From positions 5,952,001 to 6,016,000 of the forward strand of contig OX597828.1 of the NCBI GenBank assembly GCA_951406725.2: a stretch of DNA of 64,000 bases. Direction: 5' to 3'. Under the pieces are notes generated by a model. That model saw only the letters and a list, made by a program, of their open reading frames with translations. It was not told where the DNA came from and searched no databases. Both the position numbers and the translations under genes were made by a program. Each line of letters opens with the position of its first letter. The first letter of the stretch is position 1. The DNA comes from Octopus vulgaris (taxonomy: Eukaryota). This document shows positions 1 to 14,189 of this stretch, piece by piece.

Positions 1-948
1 TATAATTACTATGAAGAATATATTGTATAAAGGATCGTAGGTAAGGCCAGAGCAATGCGAAGTAAATGCAAGGCAAATCACAAGAAAACAAAAATACAAA
101 TTTAAACTTACCTTGTATTCAATATTTCGGGTTTATGACACAATTTTCAAGAAATTGACGAATGTTGCCGATGTGCGTGTGTGGAGTGGACATGCGCGGA
201 AAGGTGTTGCTATAGCAACTACCTAGCTTCCTGTAACTCTCTTCCGTTGTTGATCTTAGGTATCTTTTGGCGTAAGAGGATGATTCCAAGGTTGCTCCTG
301 TTCCGTTGGTTTGCCTTGTGGTGCAATGTGAATTCCCACGAAATCACAGTGCACATCAATAATGATGCTAGAAGTCTGCTAAACACGATATGCGTGGTAT
401 ATAATTTCAATTGCCATCTAGAAATTTATGTATTTTAAGAGAAGTGTTAACAGAGTATGCATCCTTATATCTGAACTCTAGTAACTCGTTGTATTACATA
501 GCAGCATAATAAATCTACTCGAAATATTATCATGTGAAATCATTTCCTACGAATTCATTGTCGATGAATGCAAACTATAAAAACCACCTCTAAAAATTTA
601 ATCAAGATGGTAAGTTTAGAAGTGTGTTGAAATGGTATATACTGAAGGCCTGTGGAATGAAAAACGTAGAAATTTTAATTTGAAAACGACTTAAACTATA
701 TGGCACAAAAATGTTTTCAACAGCACATGCCCGTACAAAGAAGTTCGCAAATAACATATACGCACAAGCACATACAAAGCATATACCTAATACCTACCTA
801 CATACATACACACAGTCACACACAGACACACGTATATGTATTTGTAAGATTCCTAATGCGAGATCGTGTTTTGAAATATTATTATACTTGGGGATGATCA
901 TTTTTCGTCAATTAAACACATACACTATCTATTTGATCTTCACTTCTG

Positions 949-1138
<190 letters not shown>

Positions 1139-1259
1139 TTCTTGGGATTGCCACTAATATTATTATTCATAATATCCTTATATATACATATTATATAAAT
1201 ATATATCCAAATAGTGAACAGTATATATATAAAGGATAAAATCATTTTTAATAGCTTGT

Positions 1260-1345
1260 TTCCAGCAACAAGCCATGAGGATCGAATTCACACCCGTCAA
1301 ATATCCGGTTGGAGTGCTCTACCCTTTAACATACACTGCTAACCG
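1260..1345 (-). mobile_element. degenerate tRNA-derived SINE head
   Basis: Minus strand reads ggttagcagtgtatgttaaagggtagagcactccaaccggata...gaattcgatcctcatggcttg, with A-box-like and B-box-like (TTCGATCC) motifs; similar to 12670-12737. No clean cloverleaf. Confidence 0.4.
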
Positions 1346-1687
1346 GCAAATTACTGTGCAATTATAGAAGTCATAAAGTCATCCAGAAACGCTAGATGTC
1401 ATACAGATTATGTCATATGTAAACAAGCATAAGTTTGTTTTTGAAGCGTTGAAATATATTAAGGAACAAGTCAAAAAATATAGTGTTTTTGATACACAAA
1501 TACTGAACGTTATATATAAAGACTCATATTGCCGTTCAATGCTCGAAATGAGGAGTATATAGACAGTCGATAACTGATGACGGGTCGTTCTTTGTATTAC
1601 TCGTGCGGTTTTCCATTTGTTTCTCTCGTTGCATATTGAACTCATTTGTTTTCGTAGTTCAAGTTGTTTACTTAAGGTGTCGTGCTG

Positions 1688-1797
<110 letters not shown>

Positions 1798-2028
1798 GGC
1801 GGCGAGCTGGCAGAAACGTTAGCGCGCCGGGCGAAATGCTTAGCAGTATTTCGTCTGTCGTTACGTTCTGAGTTCAAATTCCGCCGAGGTCGACTTTACC
1901 TTTCATCCTTTCGGGGTCGATAAATAAAGTACCAGTTTCGCACTGGGGTCGATGTAATCGATTTAATCCCTTTGTCTGTCCTTGTTTGCCCCCTCTATGT
2001 TTAGCCCCTTGTGAATAGTAAAGAAATA
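1798..2028 (+). mobile_element. tRNA-derived SINE family A, full-length monomer with tail type 1
   Basis: GGCGGCGAGCTGGCAGAAACGTTAGC head, B-box GAGTTCAAATTCC, central GTCGACTTTxCCTTTCATCCTTTCGGGGTCGATAAA..AGTACCAG; near-identical copies at 23951, 37690-38052 and 59092. Confidence 0.9.
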
Positions 2029-2049
2029 TATATATATATATATATACAC

Positions 2050-2250
2050 ATACAGACGCCATGATAGATCGTTGGCCACTACACACATTTTTTTTCTCTC
2101 CTTGTTTTCTTTGTTCATTTCAGTAGAAGAGCGTAGGCTCGAAACGTAAAAACCTTTTTCTATTCCTGAGTGTTATACTAATACATCTGTTTGTTTTGTA
2201 CACCACCTGTCTTCGTCTTTTGTTATTTTTTTCGTACTCTCTACTTTTAT
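2050..2250 (+). mobile_element. short Penelope-like non-autonomous repeat with hammerhead-like motif
   Basis: cagtaGAAGAGCgtagGCTCGAAACGTAAAA at 2121-2151; related copies at 46965-47092 (+) and 52530-52684 (-); flanked by (TA)n. Confidence 0.55.
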
Positions 2251-2305
2251 ATATATACGTATGTAAGTATGTATATATATGTATATATATATTATTTATG
2301 TTATG

Positions 2306-2376
<71 letters not shown>

Positions 2377-3475
2377 TACTTATTTATTTTATACGTATTT
2401 ATAATACACATACCTATCTATATGCTTACATACAAAAGACGTATCATCATCAACACCAAATATCAATTTGTAACGATAAACAAACATTGCAGTTTTATTC
2501 CTAATTAACATTATCATTATCTTGATTGACATCATTCATCAGTACAATCGTCCGCATCATTATTTTCATGAATCTGAAACACTAGTCCAAGTGTTAACAG
2601 AAGCATTACAATCCAAAGAGCAAGTAATCTTCTGTAATTGGTACTCATAGCAATTTCTTTTATAGACAAGTAATCGCAAGATTAATATATAAGGTGAAGT
2701 GACGTTTACACTCGAAAGAATTATACTTTTATTATTAGCAATGAGTGAAATTACTGACGAACTAGACGACCCTTATGCTAACCACAGAATTATTTTAAAC
2801 TGAAATATATTTGTTTTTTTGTGTGTTGTTTAACCCTTGAATAGCTCTGAATGTACAGTTATAACACCATATGTGTTACAACCATAACGTTGTGTGTATG
2901 TAATATCCAGGAGTATTTTATTCACGTATAGCTCCCCATCTTTTGTACTGAATGGAATGATGCATGGAAGATTTAGTTACTATTTCTAGAAGGTTCACCG
3001 TTTTCTGGAAGGCTTCATCGTTTTTATTTTATTTTTTCTGGGTGATTAGTGAGTTACCTTACCTGATCCCTGCTTGGATTCGAAACTAGGTCAGGGACTC
3101 AAAATTTCCACACTGTGTAGTTACACCTCAACGTGTTCCGCTCATTAGATGCAGCAACAGCAGAAAGCAACATAAAATCAAGATTCGTAAATGGAAAAAT
3201 GATTATAAAGAGCAAAAGCTGCGACGGCGACAGCAATAACAAAAACGGTTTTTTGTTGCAGCAAAACAGTCCTACAGTAACAACAGAGAAATAATACCAG
3301 CCACAAAAACAACAGCAACAGCAACCAGAATAACAAGAACAGCGATAACAACGACATCGATAGAATTGACAGCATTAGTCTTAGCAATGTTAAAATAGAA
3401 GAAAAATAAATTTGAGCATCAACAACAACAATCCAAAGAGCAACAACAACCACAAAACCCAATTAGATTCAACTC

Positions 3476-3492
3476 TATCATCATCATCGTCG

Positions 3493-3550
<58 letters not shown>

Positions 3551-3665
3551 TATCATCATCATCATCGTCATCATCATTACTACCATTACCACCATCAATC
3601 CCACCACTACCATCACCATCATCATCGTAGTCGTCGCTGTTGTTGTCATCATCATCATTGTCATC
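3476..3665. repeat. (TCA)n/(CCA)n trinucleotide microsatellite
   Basis: Direct reading; explains the poly-D/S/M ORFs. Confidence 0.95.
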
Positions 3666-4699
3666 ACAAACAACAATAACAGCATAAACCACAACTACAA
3701 TAAACAGTAAGAAAATGCAGCAAGAAACAGCACGTGCCAACTGAAAGCTATCGGCAAAATCAATTTGAAAATCTACGTTGGATTCGAGTAATCAGAAAAC
3801 AAACAGTAAATTGATAACAACATACAAACAAGCAAGAGAGTCAATGTGAAGAATACGAAAACAATAAATAAATATATAGAAACGAGACTGAACAATAAGA
3901 ACAGCAACAATGAAAACAACAACGGTAATAATAAGTTCAATAAAAAATTAAAAAAAGAATACAATAATAAAATAAGCAACAACATTTTAAAGAACAAGAA
4001 TAAAATAACAACAATTACGTGAAGGAAAGAAAAAATATAAGGAAAGGCTGAAGTTCTCTGTTCGGCAAAATTTCAATTTACTTTTGCTCTTTTGCCTGTG
4101 TCGGTTTACATTTTATTTTTTATCGTTTTATTTTTGTTGCTCTTTTGTTTTCTTTAAAGTTGCTAAATCAAAATTTTATCTGTTATTCTTATGTCATAAA
4201 CGAACGTCAAAACAGTTTCTTTTTAATTAATTTCTAATTATGGTTTTCACTGATTCTAACATTTTCTGTTTTATTTGATATTTGCCTTTTAGATTTCCAT
4301 TATTGTATTCATTTAGTTTTTGCTTTCATATTTCCAATTTAATTAAATATTACATTATATTTATCTATTTTATTAATGAATTATTATTTATATTGTCTAA
4401 ATATTTATTTTTATTTCTTGCAATTCTTTCCATTTTTCTTAATAATTAATATTGCATTTTAATTCCAGCGGCTTTGCGACATTTTCACCAAAACAAAAAC
4501 CCTCTTTTTGCTTTCTATTCCTATAATTTCATGTCATTATTCCTACGGTTTACGTTATGAATTAAACCTTGACATTTGGTTATTTGTTACCTATGATTAT
4601 TTAACAAATCCTGCTGTTGTCGGATCAACACAGGATCATCGATGAAAAACTGCGAAACATAGTGGCCATATATACGCATGCATACACATAAAAATGGGT

Positions 4700-4705
4700 G
4701 TATAC

Positions 4706-4742
<37 letters not shown>

Positions 4743-4863
4743 TGTATATGTATATGCACATAAATATATATGTAAATATATGTGTGTAAATATATATATG
4801 TATATATATGCATATATATACGTATATATATATATATATATATACGTATATATATGTATATAA

Positions 4864-4918
<55 letters not shown>

Positions 4919-4935
4919 AATATATATATATGTAA

Positions 4936-4968
<33 letters not shown>

Positions 4969-4990
4969 CATATATATTCATATATATACA

Positions 4991-5049
<59 letters not shown>

Positions 5050-5070
5050 ATGTATATATAATATACATAT
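4700..5070. repeat. compound (TA)n/(TC)n/(TG)n microsatellite
   Basis: Direct reading. Confidence 0.95.
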
Positions 5071-5428
5071 ATCATAATTTTTTTCCGGTGACAAATTGGG
5101 CAGAGTTGTTGATAAATCAAGTTGTGCATGCTGCGTAAAATGTCAGGTGAGCATTACTAATACTGATATTGAAAGCAAGATACATCAAATTGAAAGGAAG
5201 CGAAATAACACCTAAAGGAAGAAAATCAATGAAGTAGATTGAAATATGACGTAAAAATTCAGAAATTATATATCCAACCGTGGTGTATGATATGAGAAAG
5301 ATATAGAGAATAAGAAATGATATATAGAGTTTAAAAACGAAGGAGCAAAATGACAGGAATGAAATATTAAAGAAAGGATGAAAGAACAGAAGGTAGAAAG
5401 GCGAAATAAAAAGTGTAAACGGGAGAGA

Positions 5429-5475
<47 letters not shown>

Positions 5476-5728
5476 AAAAATAAAATTAACAAGACGTAAA
5501 GCAAAAATATTGGATTCATTACATAAAATATACAAATATATTCTATAAAAGGGGAAGAAATATGATTATTTCGATTTGTAGAAAACATTAAACACTCTCG
5601 AGGTTATGTCGTACATTGCATTAATATTTCATCGGTGTCCTTTTATTCCATTACATTTTCAGAGGTTATTTCCCTTTAATACCCAATCGAATCTTTCTTG
5701 TGTTCTTTTAATTTATATGGCCTGAAAG

Positions 5729-5945
5729 GGTGGCGAGCTGGAAAATCGTTAGCACGCTCGGCAAAAGTGCTAAACGATATCTTGTCTCTCTTTAGGTTTT
5801 GAGTTCAAATGCCACTAACGTCGATTTTGCCTTTTACCCTATCAGGTTTGATAAAGTAAGTAAATATCAATTAAGCACTGAGGTCGATGAGGCCGACTTA
5901 CTCCCTCCCCCAAACTTACGGACCTAGTGACAACATTTGAATCGA
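5729..5945 (+). mobile_element. SINE family A, diverged copy
   Basis: ggtggcgagctggaaaatcgttagcacgctcggc...gagttcaaatgcc...gtcgattttgccttt...gcactgaggtcgat, colinear with 1798-2028. Confidence 0.8.
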
Positions 5946-6939
5946 ATTCACACCTTCTCTTATTTATCATATTATTGTTTTATGTTGATGAAATCTTCAA
6001 TCAAGCATTCTGTTCATATAAGCGTCATTGATTATGAAATTCTAACATTGATTTTCATTGCCTCACTGCTTCCTAGGAACTGAGTAAAAACCATGTCTTT
6101 GACGCTCGTATTACTTGGCGAACCTGTATTATCACGCACGGGCACATACACGTACACATATAGATGAGTCATTGAAGGAAGAAGGTGGTGCAATATAAGG
6201 TCGAAAGTGGAACGACATGGTCATTCCACATTAGACCATTGTGGTGAATCGCTTCCATTTATCAGGCAGCTTTACCGCTTCCATATTTTCCGCCCTTCTC
6301 ATTATGTAAGATTTTCTTTCGTAGCATTATATTTATCTCTTCCTGCCATAATTGTATCTTTACTCCACGTGCTGTACATATTCAAACGGCTTATAAATAA
6401 ATTATTGAGAACAAAATATATATTATATTCATGAGTGTGTATATGTATACACGTAATACATAAAATGTATGTATATATACATAAGACCATATAAATGCAC
6501 ACACAGAAATACATAGACACTCATATATATGCAGAAAGAGTGAAGATAGCGAGGTTGAGCGAAAGTCCTCTGAATCATTATTGTTATTGTATTCTAGTCT
6601 TTCTCTGAGATGACATACAAAAGTTAGGTTGGGTACTACTGGAAAGTCAGTTGGCAGAAAGTAAACGGCATCCATAATGAGGGGAGCTAGAATCCTGATT
6701 TGTATGATGGATCTTTTCCTTTCTTTAGACGAATCATAAAACAAAGCATGCCCACATGGATTGCTAAGAGATGAAGAGAACAATATCTCCAACAAGATGG
6801 ATTTACTATTTCGACCCGAGCAAACGAAAATAGAACAATGTATAGATGATGCTTTAGTGGCAAGATTCTTACTTTCAAAATACCCACCAGGTCATAATGA
6901 AGTGCCTGGATAAAAGCAGACAATTATAAAGCCTAGAAT

Positions 6940-7720
6940 TACATCCGAGTGAGAGGCAAGAGAAGCATTGTCACGACAGACTCTCGACATTATGATGAGT
7001 AGTTCGTCAGATCAAATGGCTTCTAGGGAAACAAGAGTGAATGGCAATTATTTGAATATGTGTGCCGAGTCCTCCATATAACATATAACGATGGTACTGA
7101 TAACGGTCTGAACGGTATGAAAACGATCATCATTTGGTTTTCTAGATCCGGCTACATTCGTTCTCCTTCAAGTTGGTTGTAAGAAAAATTATCTTACAAC
7201 AATCAGTAAAATATAACTGAAGGAGGGATTGGGGACTCATATGCAGCAGTTTATATAAGCCAGTTAAGAGTTACGACAGGCATATAGTGAGATGTGAGAT
7301 ATTCTGACGAAGAAGTTGATCACTCTTTGCAGAACGGAAGGGCGCAGATGAAGGGAAATAAATAAGAATCCCTTTGGATTTTCTGCGAAGTGCTCTCGCA
7401 ACAAGAGAACCAGCAACTGCGAATACTCGCCTGAAAGAAAGGTTTTTATTCCCCAGAACGTGGACCACTCAGTAACAGAGGAAAAACTTAGCCAAAACAA
7501 AATCCAGCACGTCCAATGACTTAGGTTTGCCAGCACTTATTCAACGCTTGTGGTTGATGCTCTAAAGGATCTAGCCGACGAATTGATGTATGCTTCGATA
7601 TACATGAAAGACTGCATACAGTATTCACTGTTCCCTATATAAGGAAGCATGTTTAAGCAGGTGACAATCTGGTCGCGGAATGGACAAGCATTAAGAAACG
7701 AGAAGCGTGTCTGTGGTTCC
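6940..7720 (+). pseudogene. heavily decayed RLE-type non-LTR retrotransposon fragment (Hero-like)
   Basis: Frameshifted peptides such as IKW (~7010) and LITLCRTEGRR..NKNPFGFS (~7316-7385) resemble the pre-RT region of Hero-type LINEs (LRRAE..RR..F..NPF.F). Recognised by eye. Confidence 0.4.
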
Positions 7721-7879
7721 CGTATCTTACTACAGCAAAGATTCTCGTCTCGCTTAGTAATATATTGTTCATTTTCCCATAACTCTATAAAATGATCTTA
7801 TCACACACACACACTCACACACACACACAAAAATCCATAGAAATACAAAGTTTAATGGCTTAAGATTACTGCATTACAT

Positions 7880-9190
7880 CACTCGATCGCTATGGTATGA
7901 GGCTGGATGCAAATAGCTAGGAGAGCTTCAAGACTATAAGAAATTGGAAAGAGAAATGAAAGAGAAAGCCATCAAAGAGTACAAAAGGAGAATTAGGAAT
8001 GTAAATTAAATGGTGGAACATCACAAAAGCTATAAACAGATGGCAAAGCTTGTAGTGAGGAACTCTGCTCCCTTTCTGAAATGGACAAAGATTGAGATAC
8101 AGAACTTAGAAGGAAGAAATAATAAGCTGTTAGCAATGCACACCACACTCTTTCTATCTGCTTTATCTATCTGGCAAGAAGGGAAGTTGGTACAGGACTA
8201 CTAAATGCGGAAAACACTGTTCGCACTGCGATGCTGGGTCTGGAAAATTATGTTGTTCAATATGCATAATACTTTTGGCAGGCAGATATACCCCAAAATG
8301 ACAGAAACAGTAGAAAGATTCAAAGAGAAACGGAAGAACAACAGAATAAACAAATAGAATGAAATGGTGTGCATAGGCAATTCACGCAACAAACCGAAAA
8401 TTCCAGAAGTGAAACTTGCTAGCATTGGTTTACGGACGGAAACTTGAAACAAGAAGCAGAAACGTCAATTATCGCCGCTCAAGAACAAACCTTCACAAAA
8501 ATTTGATAAAGGCAAAGATTGGCAACAAAACTCCTATAGCCGTTCAATGATTGAGAACTTCAGAATAAAAGAAGAATATGTGGAAAAGTAAACCGAAAGT
8601 GTCAGTCATCTCTTAAGAGTATGTAGTAAGCTAGCACAGGAATGAATGTAAGCTCAAGTATGGTGGCTTCGGTAAAATAGTGCATTGTGATGATAATCGA
8701 GTGTGTTGAATTAAAGCGGCAGAAATGTGGAATAAACATGAGTGAAAGACTGTGATGATAAATAACAATTATACGATTTTATTGGATTTCACTATAAAGA
8801 CGGATCAAACCTTTGAAGCAAGGAGCCCAAATATGATTGTAAAGAACATAAGAATGGAACAGTAGAACATAACAGACTTTGCAAATGCATGTCATAATAA
8901 AGTGGATACACAAGAATATGGGGGGTATTTTGAAACATCGGGGCTTGACCAGACAGATGGAAAACGTGTGGAGAAGGAAGGGGACAATTGCTTTTCAAAG
9001 TAATTGGAGTTCTAGGCACCACATCCAAATTGTTGCTTATGAGACGGCAGTATACTGGAATTGCGACACTGTTTTGACCTGAGAGGAAAAGCGCCATCAT
9101 ATATTTTGCCATGATCCCAATAACCTCGAGACAACATCCTAGTTAACTAAAGTAGCATGTAATACTTTTATAATAAAAAATGATGATGAT
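7880..9190 (+). pseudogene. R4/Dong-like (RLE) LINE 3' portion, frameshifted
   Basis: VVRNSAPFLKWTKIEIQNLEGRNNKLLAMH (post-RT), GNLKQEAETSIIAAQEQ (~8440-8490), SHLLRVCSKLAQ (CCHC remnant), ILLDFTIKTD, VIGVLGT; ends at AATAAA followed by (TGA)n. Confidence 0.75.
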
Positions 9191-9231
9191 CAAGATATTC
9201 ATGATGATAACAACAGCAAAAAAAATTAATT

Positions 9232-9418
9232 TTAACACGAGCCCAGCAATTTTGGAGAAGAGGTAGGTCGATTACGTAAACCCTAGTGTTCAAGTGATAT
9301 TTTATCGATCTCGAAACAATGAATGTCAAAGTCAATTTCGGCGAGATTTGAAGTCAAAACGTAACGAAATGCCACTAAACATCTTGTCTGATGTAAAAAT
9401 TTCGCCAGCTCACTGCTT
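9232..9418 (-). mobile_element. SINE family A, diverged copy
   Basis: Reverse complement of family A (tttatcgatctcgaaacaatgaatgtcaaagtcaatttcggcgagatttgaa...gccagctcactgc). A further degenerate copy lies at ~9445-9635. Confidence 0.7.
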
Positions 9419-10487
9419 TAAATACCATCAATAACAATACATCCTTTTTTCCACTAAATTCAAGTCCACAAAATTTAATGCCCCCCCTCCCCGATCCTAT
9501 TATTGCCTAATTTTTATTTTATTCCCCAGAGAGGAGAATAGGGAAATAAATCTCGATGAGATTTGACCAAAGAATTACATGGCACATAACAAATTTCAAA
9601 TTATTTAGTTCTACACTCAACCGATTCTGCTAATCCCTAACATATTTATTGGCACCGGTTAGACAAATCAGCGTTTGATTGAAAATTTACCAGACACCGA
9701 ATAAAGTATCATACATCAACAACAATACTTTGTTACATTTCTGTCAAATCAGATCGTTTTGCCGACAATAATGATGCAAGATGGAGTATTGTGGTCGTTA
9801 TACGAAGTCTGTTAACATCCAGAAGACCGAAACTGAAATCAAATAGAATGATTACATGGCCTGGATATGTGCGTGACAATGTTTGGGATTGTAGCGTGAG
9901 CAAAGAGAGAGGCTTGCTCTAATATTCCCTTCGGTTTCTAAATATTGAGTTCAGTTCCTAACTATGCAATATAAATCATTATAGCCACAGAGTTTCTGCT
10001 AATAATTATGTTTAGAGAAGTGTATAACTCATCTCTCTTTATAATTGATGGTAAATGTGCGTGTTTTAACCACGTGAATCTTCATATCATTGCAAATATA
10101 GGTTATATGCATATATGCACCACTACGCACATATTGACTCCCTCCGTATGGACACGCAATCCCACAATCTTTTAAACAAATATATATATGTGCATGTATT
10201 TATAGATATCTGTGCGTGTGTGTGTGCATGTGTTTCGGGCGGTTTAGCTGTAATTAGTGTATGTGTGTGCCTCTGTATATGCATATGTAGATGCGTGTGT
10301 CTATGTTCGTAAGTATGCATTTACGTATCTATAAATATGCGATATAGGAGCGTATTTTCCTACATGTGTATGTATACATAAACAGATGAATCTGACACAT
10401 AGTCCCATTAATCTCTTTTTCTTTATCTCTCTATGTATTTATCACTACCTCAATCTGTGTGTGTGTCTTTCTTTCTACCGAATTACC

Positions 10488-10592
<105 letters not shown>

Positions 10593-10712
10593 TTTATAAT
10601 TACTCCTAAATATTGAAAATCTTTCGTGCAAGCTACACTACAAAATATATACACTACAAAAAATGTATATATATATAATATACATAAACATATATGAATA
10701 TTATACTTATAT

Positions 10713-10775
<63 letters not shown>

Positions 10776-11874
10776 CATATAAATATATATATCTATAGAT
10801 ATATATAAATATTATGTGTATATATATACTCACACACACACACACATGTGTGTATATATATGCATGTATCTATCTATCTATATCTAATAAAATCATACTG
10901 CCAGATAAACGATACAAAGAGGTATTCATCAGTCCAATTTCCAAAATATCATTACTGTTGAGCTGGCGTGTGAAAGTCTTGAGACACACGCATGCATACA
11001 TATATACATACCCAGATATAGATAAGTAGACATTGATAGATAAATCTACCACAAACAAACACACATTTATACGTATGAATGTATACATATTTATGTTCAT
11101 ATATACACACATGCACACATCCAAACACACATTTGAATAGTCTCATGGATTGGTATGTTGGGATCATGATCACAGTTTGTTGGAATCTATTCCTGGCACA
11201 GCTTCTCGGTTTTCCTAAAGAAGTGGGTTTCATTTCCTTTTGTTTCAATACTACTCGACTACAAATAAATACCAGCCAACTCCAAGTGACACATTCTCTA
11301 TGTTCTGATGTTCTAACGTTACTAGGAAACCCTGCTCAAAACTAACACTGGCACAAAATAAGTTTGAAAAAAGCACAGCACAAACTACTTTTACTTACAC
11401 ATCCATACTACTCGTATGTTTTACTTACTAACAAATCGCGTACAAAATATTTCAAATCAGAGATATAAAACTTCTTACGATTCTTGATGCATGCTTGATA
11501 TTATAATGTCCTCTAAGATACCAAGTGTTGTCACACACGCATTCAGGTCACCTAATCATTATTTTTCAATTTCGTCTTAGCTTATTTCATGTTAAAAGAT
11601 ATCCTATGATGACATCAATAGTCTAAGCTTTGCTTTCATATGTTTTTCGCTCCTATAGGGTTTATTTGCGTTAGCATGAGCAAAGACAGAAATACTTTTT
11701 CAGAAGCTAAGGAAAGAAGCTAAGTAAATTCATTTCACTGTCTCCAATTGCAAATCAGATATTTATCTTTACTTGGTCAATAAGTTATGCTTCTTCAATA
11801 TTTTATAAAATAAAATTATTTTAAATAAAATAATTGTTTTAATGTGACGATACTTGGTGTTAACGAATATTGAT

Positions 11875-11924
11875 GTGTGTGAGTGAGTGTTTGTGTGTAT
11901 GTGTGTGTGTTTGTGTTTGTGTGT

Positions 11925-11991
<67 letters not shown>
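11875..11991. repeat. (TG)n microsatellite
   Basis: Direct reading. Confidence 0.95.
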
Positions 11992-11992
<1 letters not shown>

Positions 11993-12542
11993 TAGAGAAT
12001 ATATTCTTGCTTGTAAACGTGTTCAGAAATACCATTGTTAGCTCAGAACCCCCGCTGTTGGACTAATGGATGCAATTCCAGTCTATCAGTTCTCTCCACC
12101 ACTTGACAGCAAGGGAGGCGACTAGTCTTACGTTTGTATTCTTTCCGTGATTGCTTCGCATGCCTACTCACAAGTTTTTTCATGCCTGGAGCCTCATGTA
12201 GTTCAAGGTCTTCACTGTTATACGATAAGGAAAGCAAGGCTTTCTAGTCAGATCAGAGCCATTTCTGCTGATATAAAGTGTTGCAAAAAAAAAAAAAAAA
12301 CATCCCTAGTTCGAAATACATCCACTTTTCTAAAAGAGAACGATCTGAGCCGCCTATATTGTTTTAAAACTCTTTTGCATTAAATGTATATTTGTTCTCT
12401 ACGTCAATTTCTAAATAAAGCTTTTACAGTTTCAATTACCTCTCACGCAGATTTCAACTGCGTCTCTTCTTCGCACAGCCTCCCTTTAATATAAATGTGT
12501 ACGCGTGTGTGTGTGTGTGCCTGTCTGTCTGTCTGTGCGTGT

Positions 12543-12580
<38 letters not shown>

Positions 12581-12659
12581 GATAATAAGGTAAATTTCGA
12601 AAGCAGTATAGCTAAGAAATCAACCTAGAAACTTTGGTAAATATCCCTAGCAGACTGAG

Positions 12660-12780
12660 AATAAAGCTGTCAGCAGGCAGCTACAGGGAATCGAACACCG
12701 CATTTCTCAGATCTCGGCTGAACGCTCTGTATCTGACAGGTAGAGCATTCGACTTTCTATAGCCGCCTGCTCGCAAATTT
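12660..12780 (-). repeat. tRNA-like head inside an imperfect inverted repeat
   Basis: cagcaggcagctacagggaatcgaacac (12671-12698) pairs with gcattcgactttctatagccgcctgctc (~12745-12772); B-box-like GTGTTCGATTCCC on the minus strand. Confidence 0.5.
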
Positions 12781-12910
12781 TTTCTGACTTCTTACTCAAT
12801 TTTCTGGCCTGTTTTTCACAAGTATACAGGTATAAATGTTCTTTATATTCGATAAAATACCAACCCACTCGCCGCTTACCATTTTGCTTTATATATATAT
12901 ATATATATAT

Positions 12911-13125
12911 AAGTAAGATATAACCGCGTGTGTATCGTTAGCGATTTTCTTTCTCCGTCTTCCCTTCCTTGGACCTTTCCTTTTCCTATGTTTCTGACGA
13001 AGAGCTCCGCTCGATACGTTAAATCCTCCTTCTTTCTTTCCTTTCCTGAGCGTCCAATAACACTATACTTGTTCCACGTCCTCGCGTTGTTGTGTTTTCT
13101 CTTTGTTCTTGTTTGGATTAACTAT
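12911..13125 (+). mobile_element. short Penelope-like repeat with minimal hammerhead-like motif
   Basis: TTT-CTGACGA-A-GAGC-tcc-GCTC-GATAC-GTT-AAA at 12991-13023; pyrimidine-rich flanks; bounded by (TA)n on both sides. Confidence 0.6.
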
Positions 13126-13146
13126 ATATATATATATATTTGTATA

Positions 13147-13564
13147 TTTACTCTACTCTTTTACCTTTTTCAGTCATTTGACTGTAACAATGCTGGAGCA
13201 CTGCCTTTAGTGGAGCAAATCGACCCCAGGACTTATACTTTGTGAGCCTAGTACTTATTCTATCGGTCCCTTTTGCTGAACCACTAAGTTGCGGCAGCGT
13301 AAACACACCACCATCAGTTGTCAAGCGATGTTGCGGAACAAACACAGACACACAAAAATATATACACATAAATATATATATAAATACATACACATATACG
13401 ACGGGCTTCTTTCAGTTACCGTCTACACACAATCCACTCACAAGACTTTGGTCGGCCCGATCCTATAGTGGAAGACACTTGCCCAAGATACCACGCTGTG
13501 GGACTGAACACAGAACCATGTGATTGGTAAGCAAGCTTATTACCACACTGACACTCCTACGCCT
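13147..13564 (-). mobile_element. tRNA-derived SINE family B (CORE-like), full-length
   Basis: Minus head aggcgtaggagtgtcagtgtggtaa...catggttctgtgttcagtcccacagcgtggtatcttgggcaagtgtcttcc, internal (CA/TA)n, (AAGAGTA)-like tail; copies at 38603, 39622, 50297, 56266 and 58635. Confidence 0.9.
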
Positions 13565-13568
13565 ATAT

Positions 13569-13603
<35 letters not shown>

Positions 13604-13708
13604 CTGAGATATTTAGAAGTTTAATATATATATATATACATGTGTGTGTGTGTGTGTATGAGTGAGTGGACAAACGAAAGAAGGGCACAAATATACTAGG
13701 AGTTACAT

Positions 13709-14056
13709 GTATGGATCAAAACAGTTTGATTCAAATTCGTTGTTAGTCGTGATGTTAGTCGTCAGCCATTTTGAATGGCAGAAGTCGAATGTTATTACCG
13801 TAAGGTGGTCTGAGGTTGATGTGTCGATGAATGTCACGCGGTGTCGTAATTTGATGTTGGTATACAGATAACCGTTTGTTGGAAAATAGGCAACATGTGG
13901 TTAGGAAATCGGTCAGGTTGTTGGGGGAAGTAGTAAGTATATACTTCTGTATGTAGGTGTGTATACGCGCTCATATGGTTTTTCGTGCATGTGTGTAATG
14001 ATGCGAGCATGCGCGTCTATACATGGCCGCCCAGGCGCACGTCTGCATGCACACAC
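13709..14056 (+). repeat. left arm of ~350-bp inverted repeat flanking the Penelope-like RT
   Basis: tatggatcaaaacagtttgattcaaattcgttg...aaatcggtcaggttgttgggggaagtagtaa...caggcgcacg is the reverse complement of 15742-16112. Confidence 0.85.
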
Positions 14057-14189
14057 GTTTGGACAAACTAGCACGCTCACACACATACACACGCGTACGC
14101 ACACATGCATATATATACACACATACACACATGTGTAATCATTCATATGTACATATGTATATTCGCATACATGTACGCATGCATGTGGG

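Noticed and set aside
1574-1610. CTGATGA followed by an ACGGGT/ACTCGT stem as another hammerhead
   Set aside because: The GAAA half is absent; at most a deleted remnant.
3178-3997. Poly-D, poly-S, poly-M and Leu-rich ORFs
   Set aside because: Explained by (TCA)n and (AAC)-rich simple sequence; no splice or domain evidence.
12043-12260. Possible RTE-like LINE remnant (YNSED..KKL..HPLVQQRG)
   Set aside because: Similarity is too weak to support by eye.
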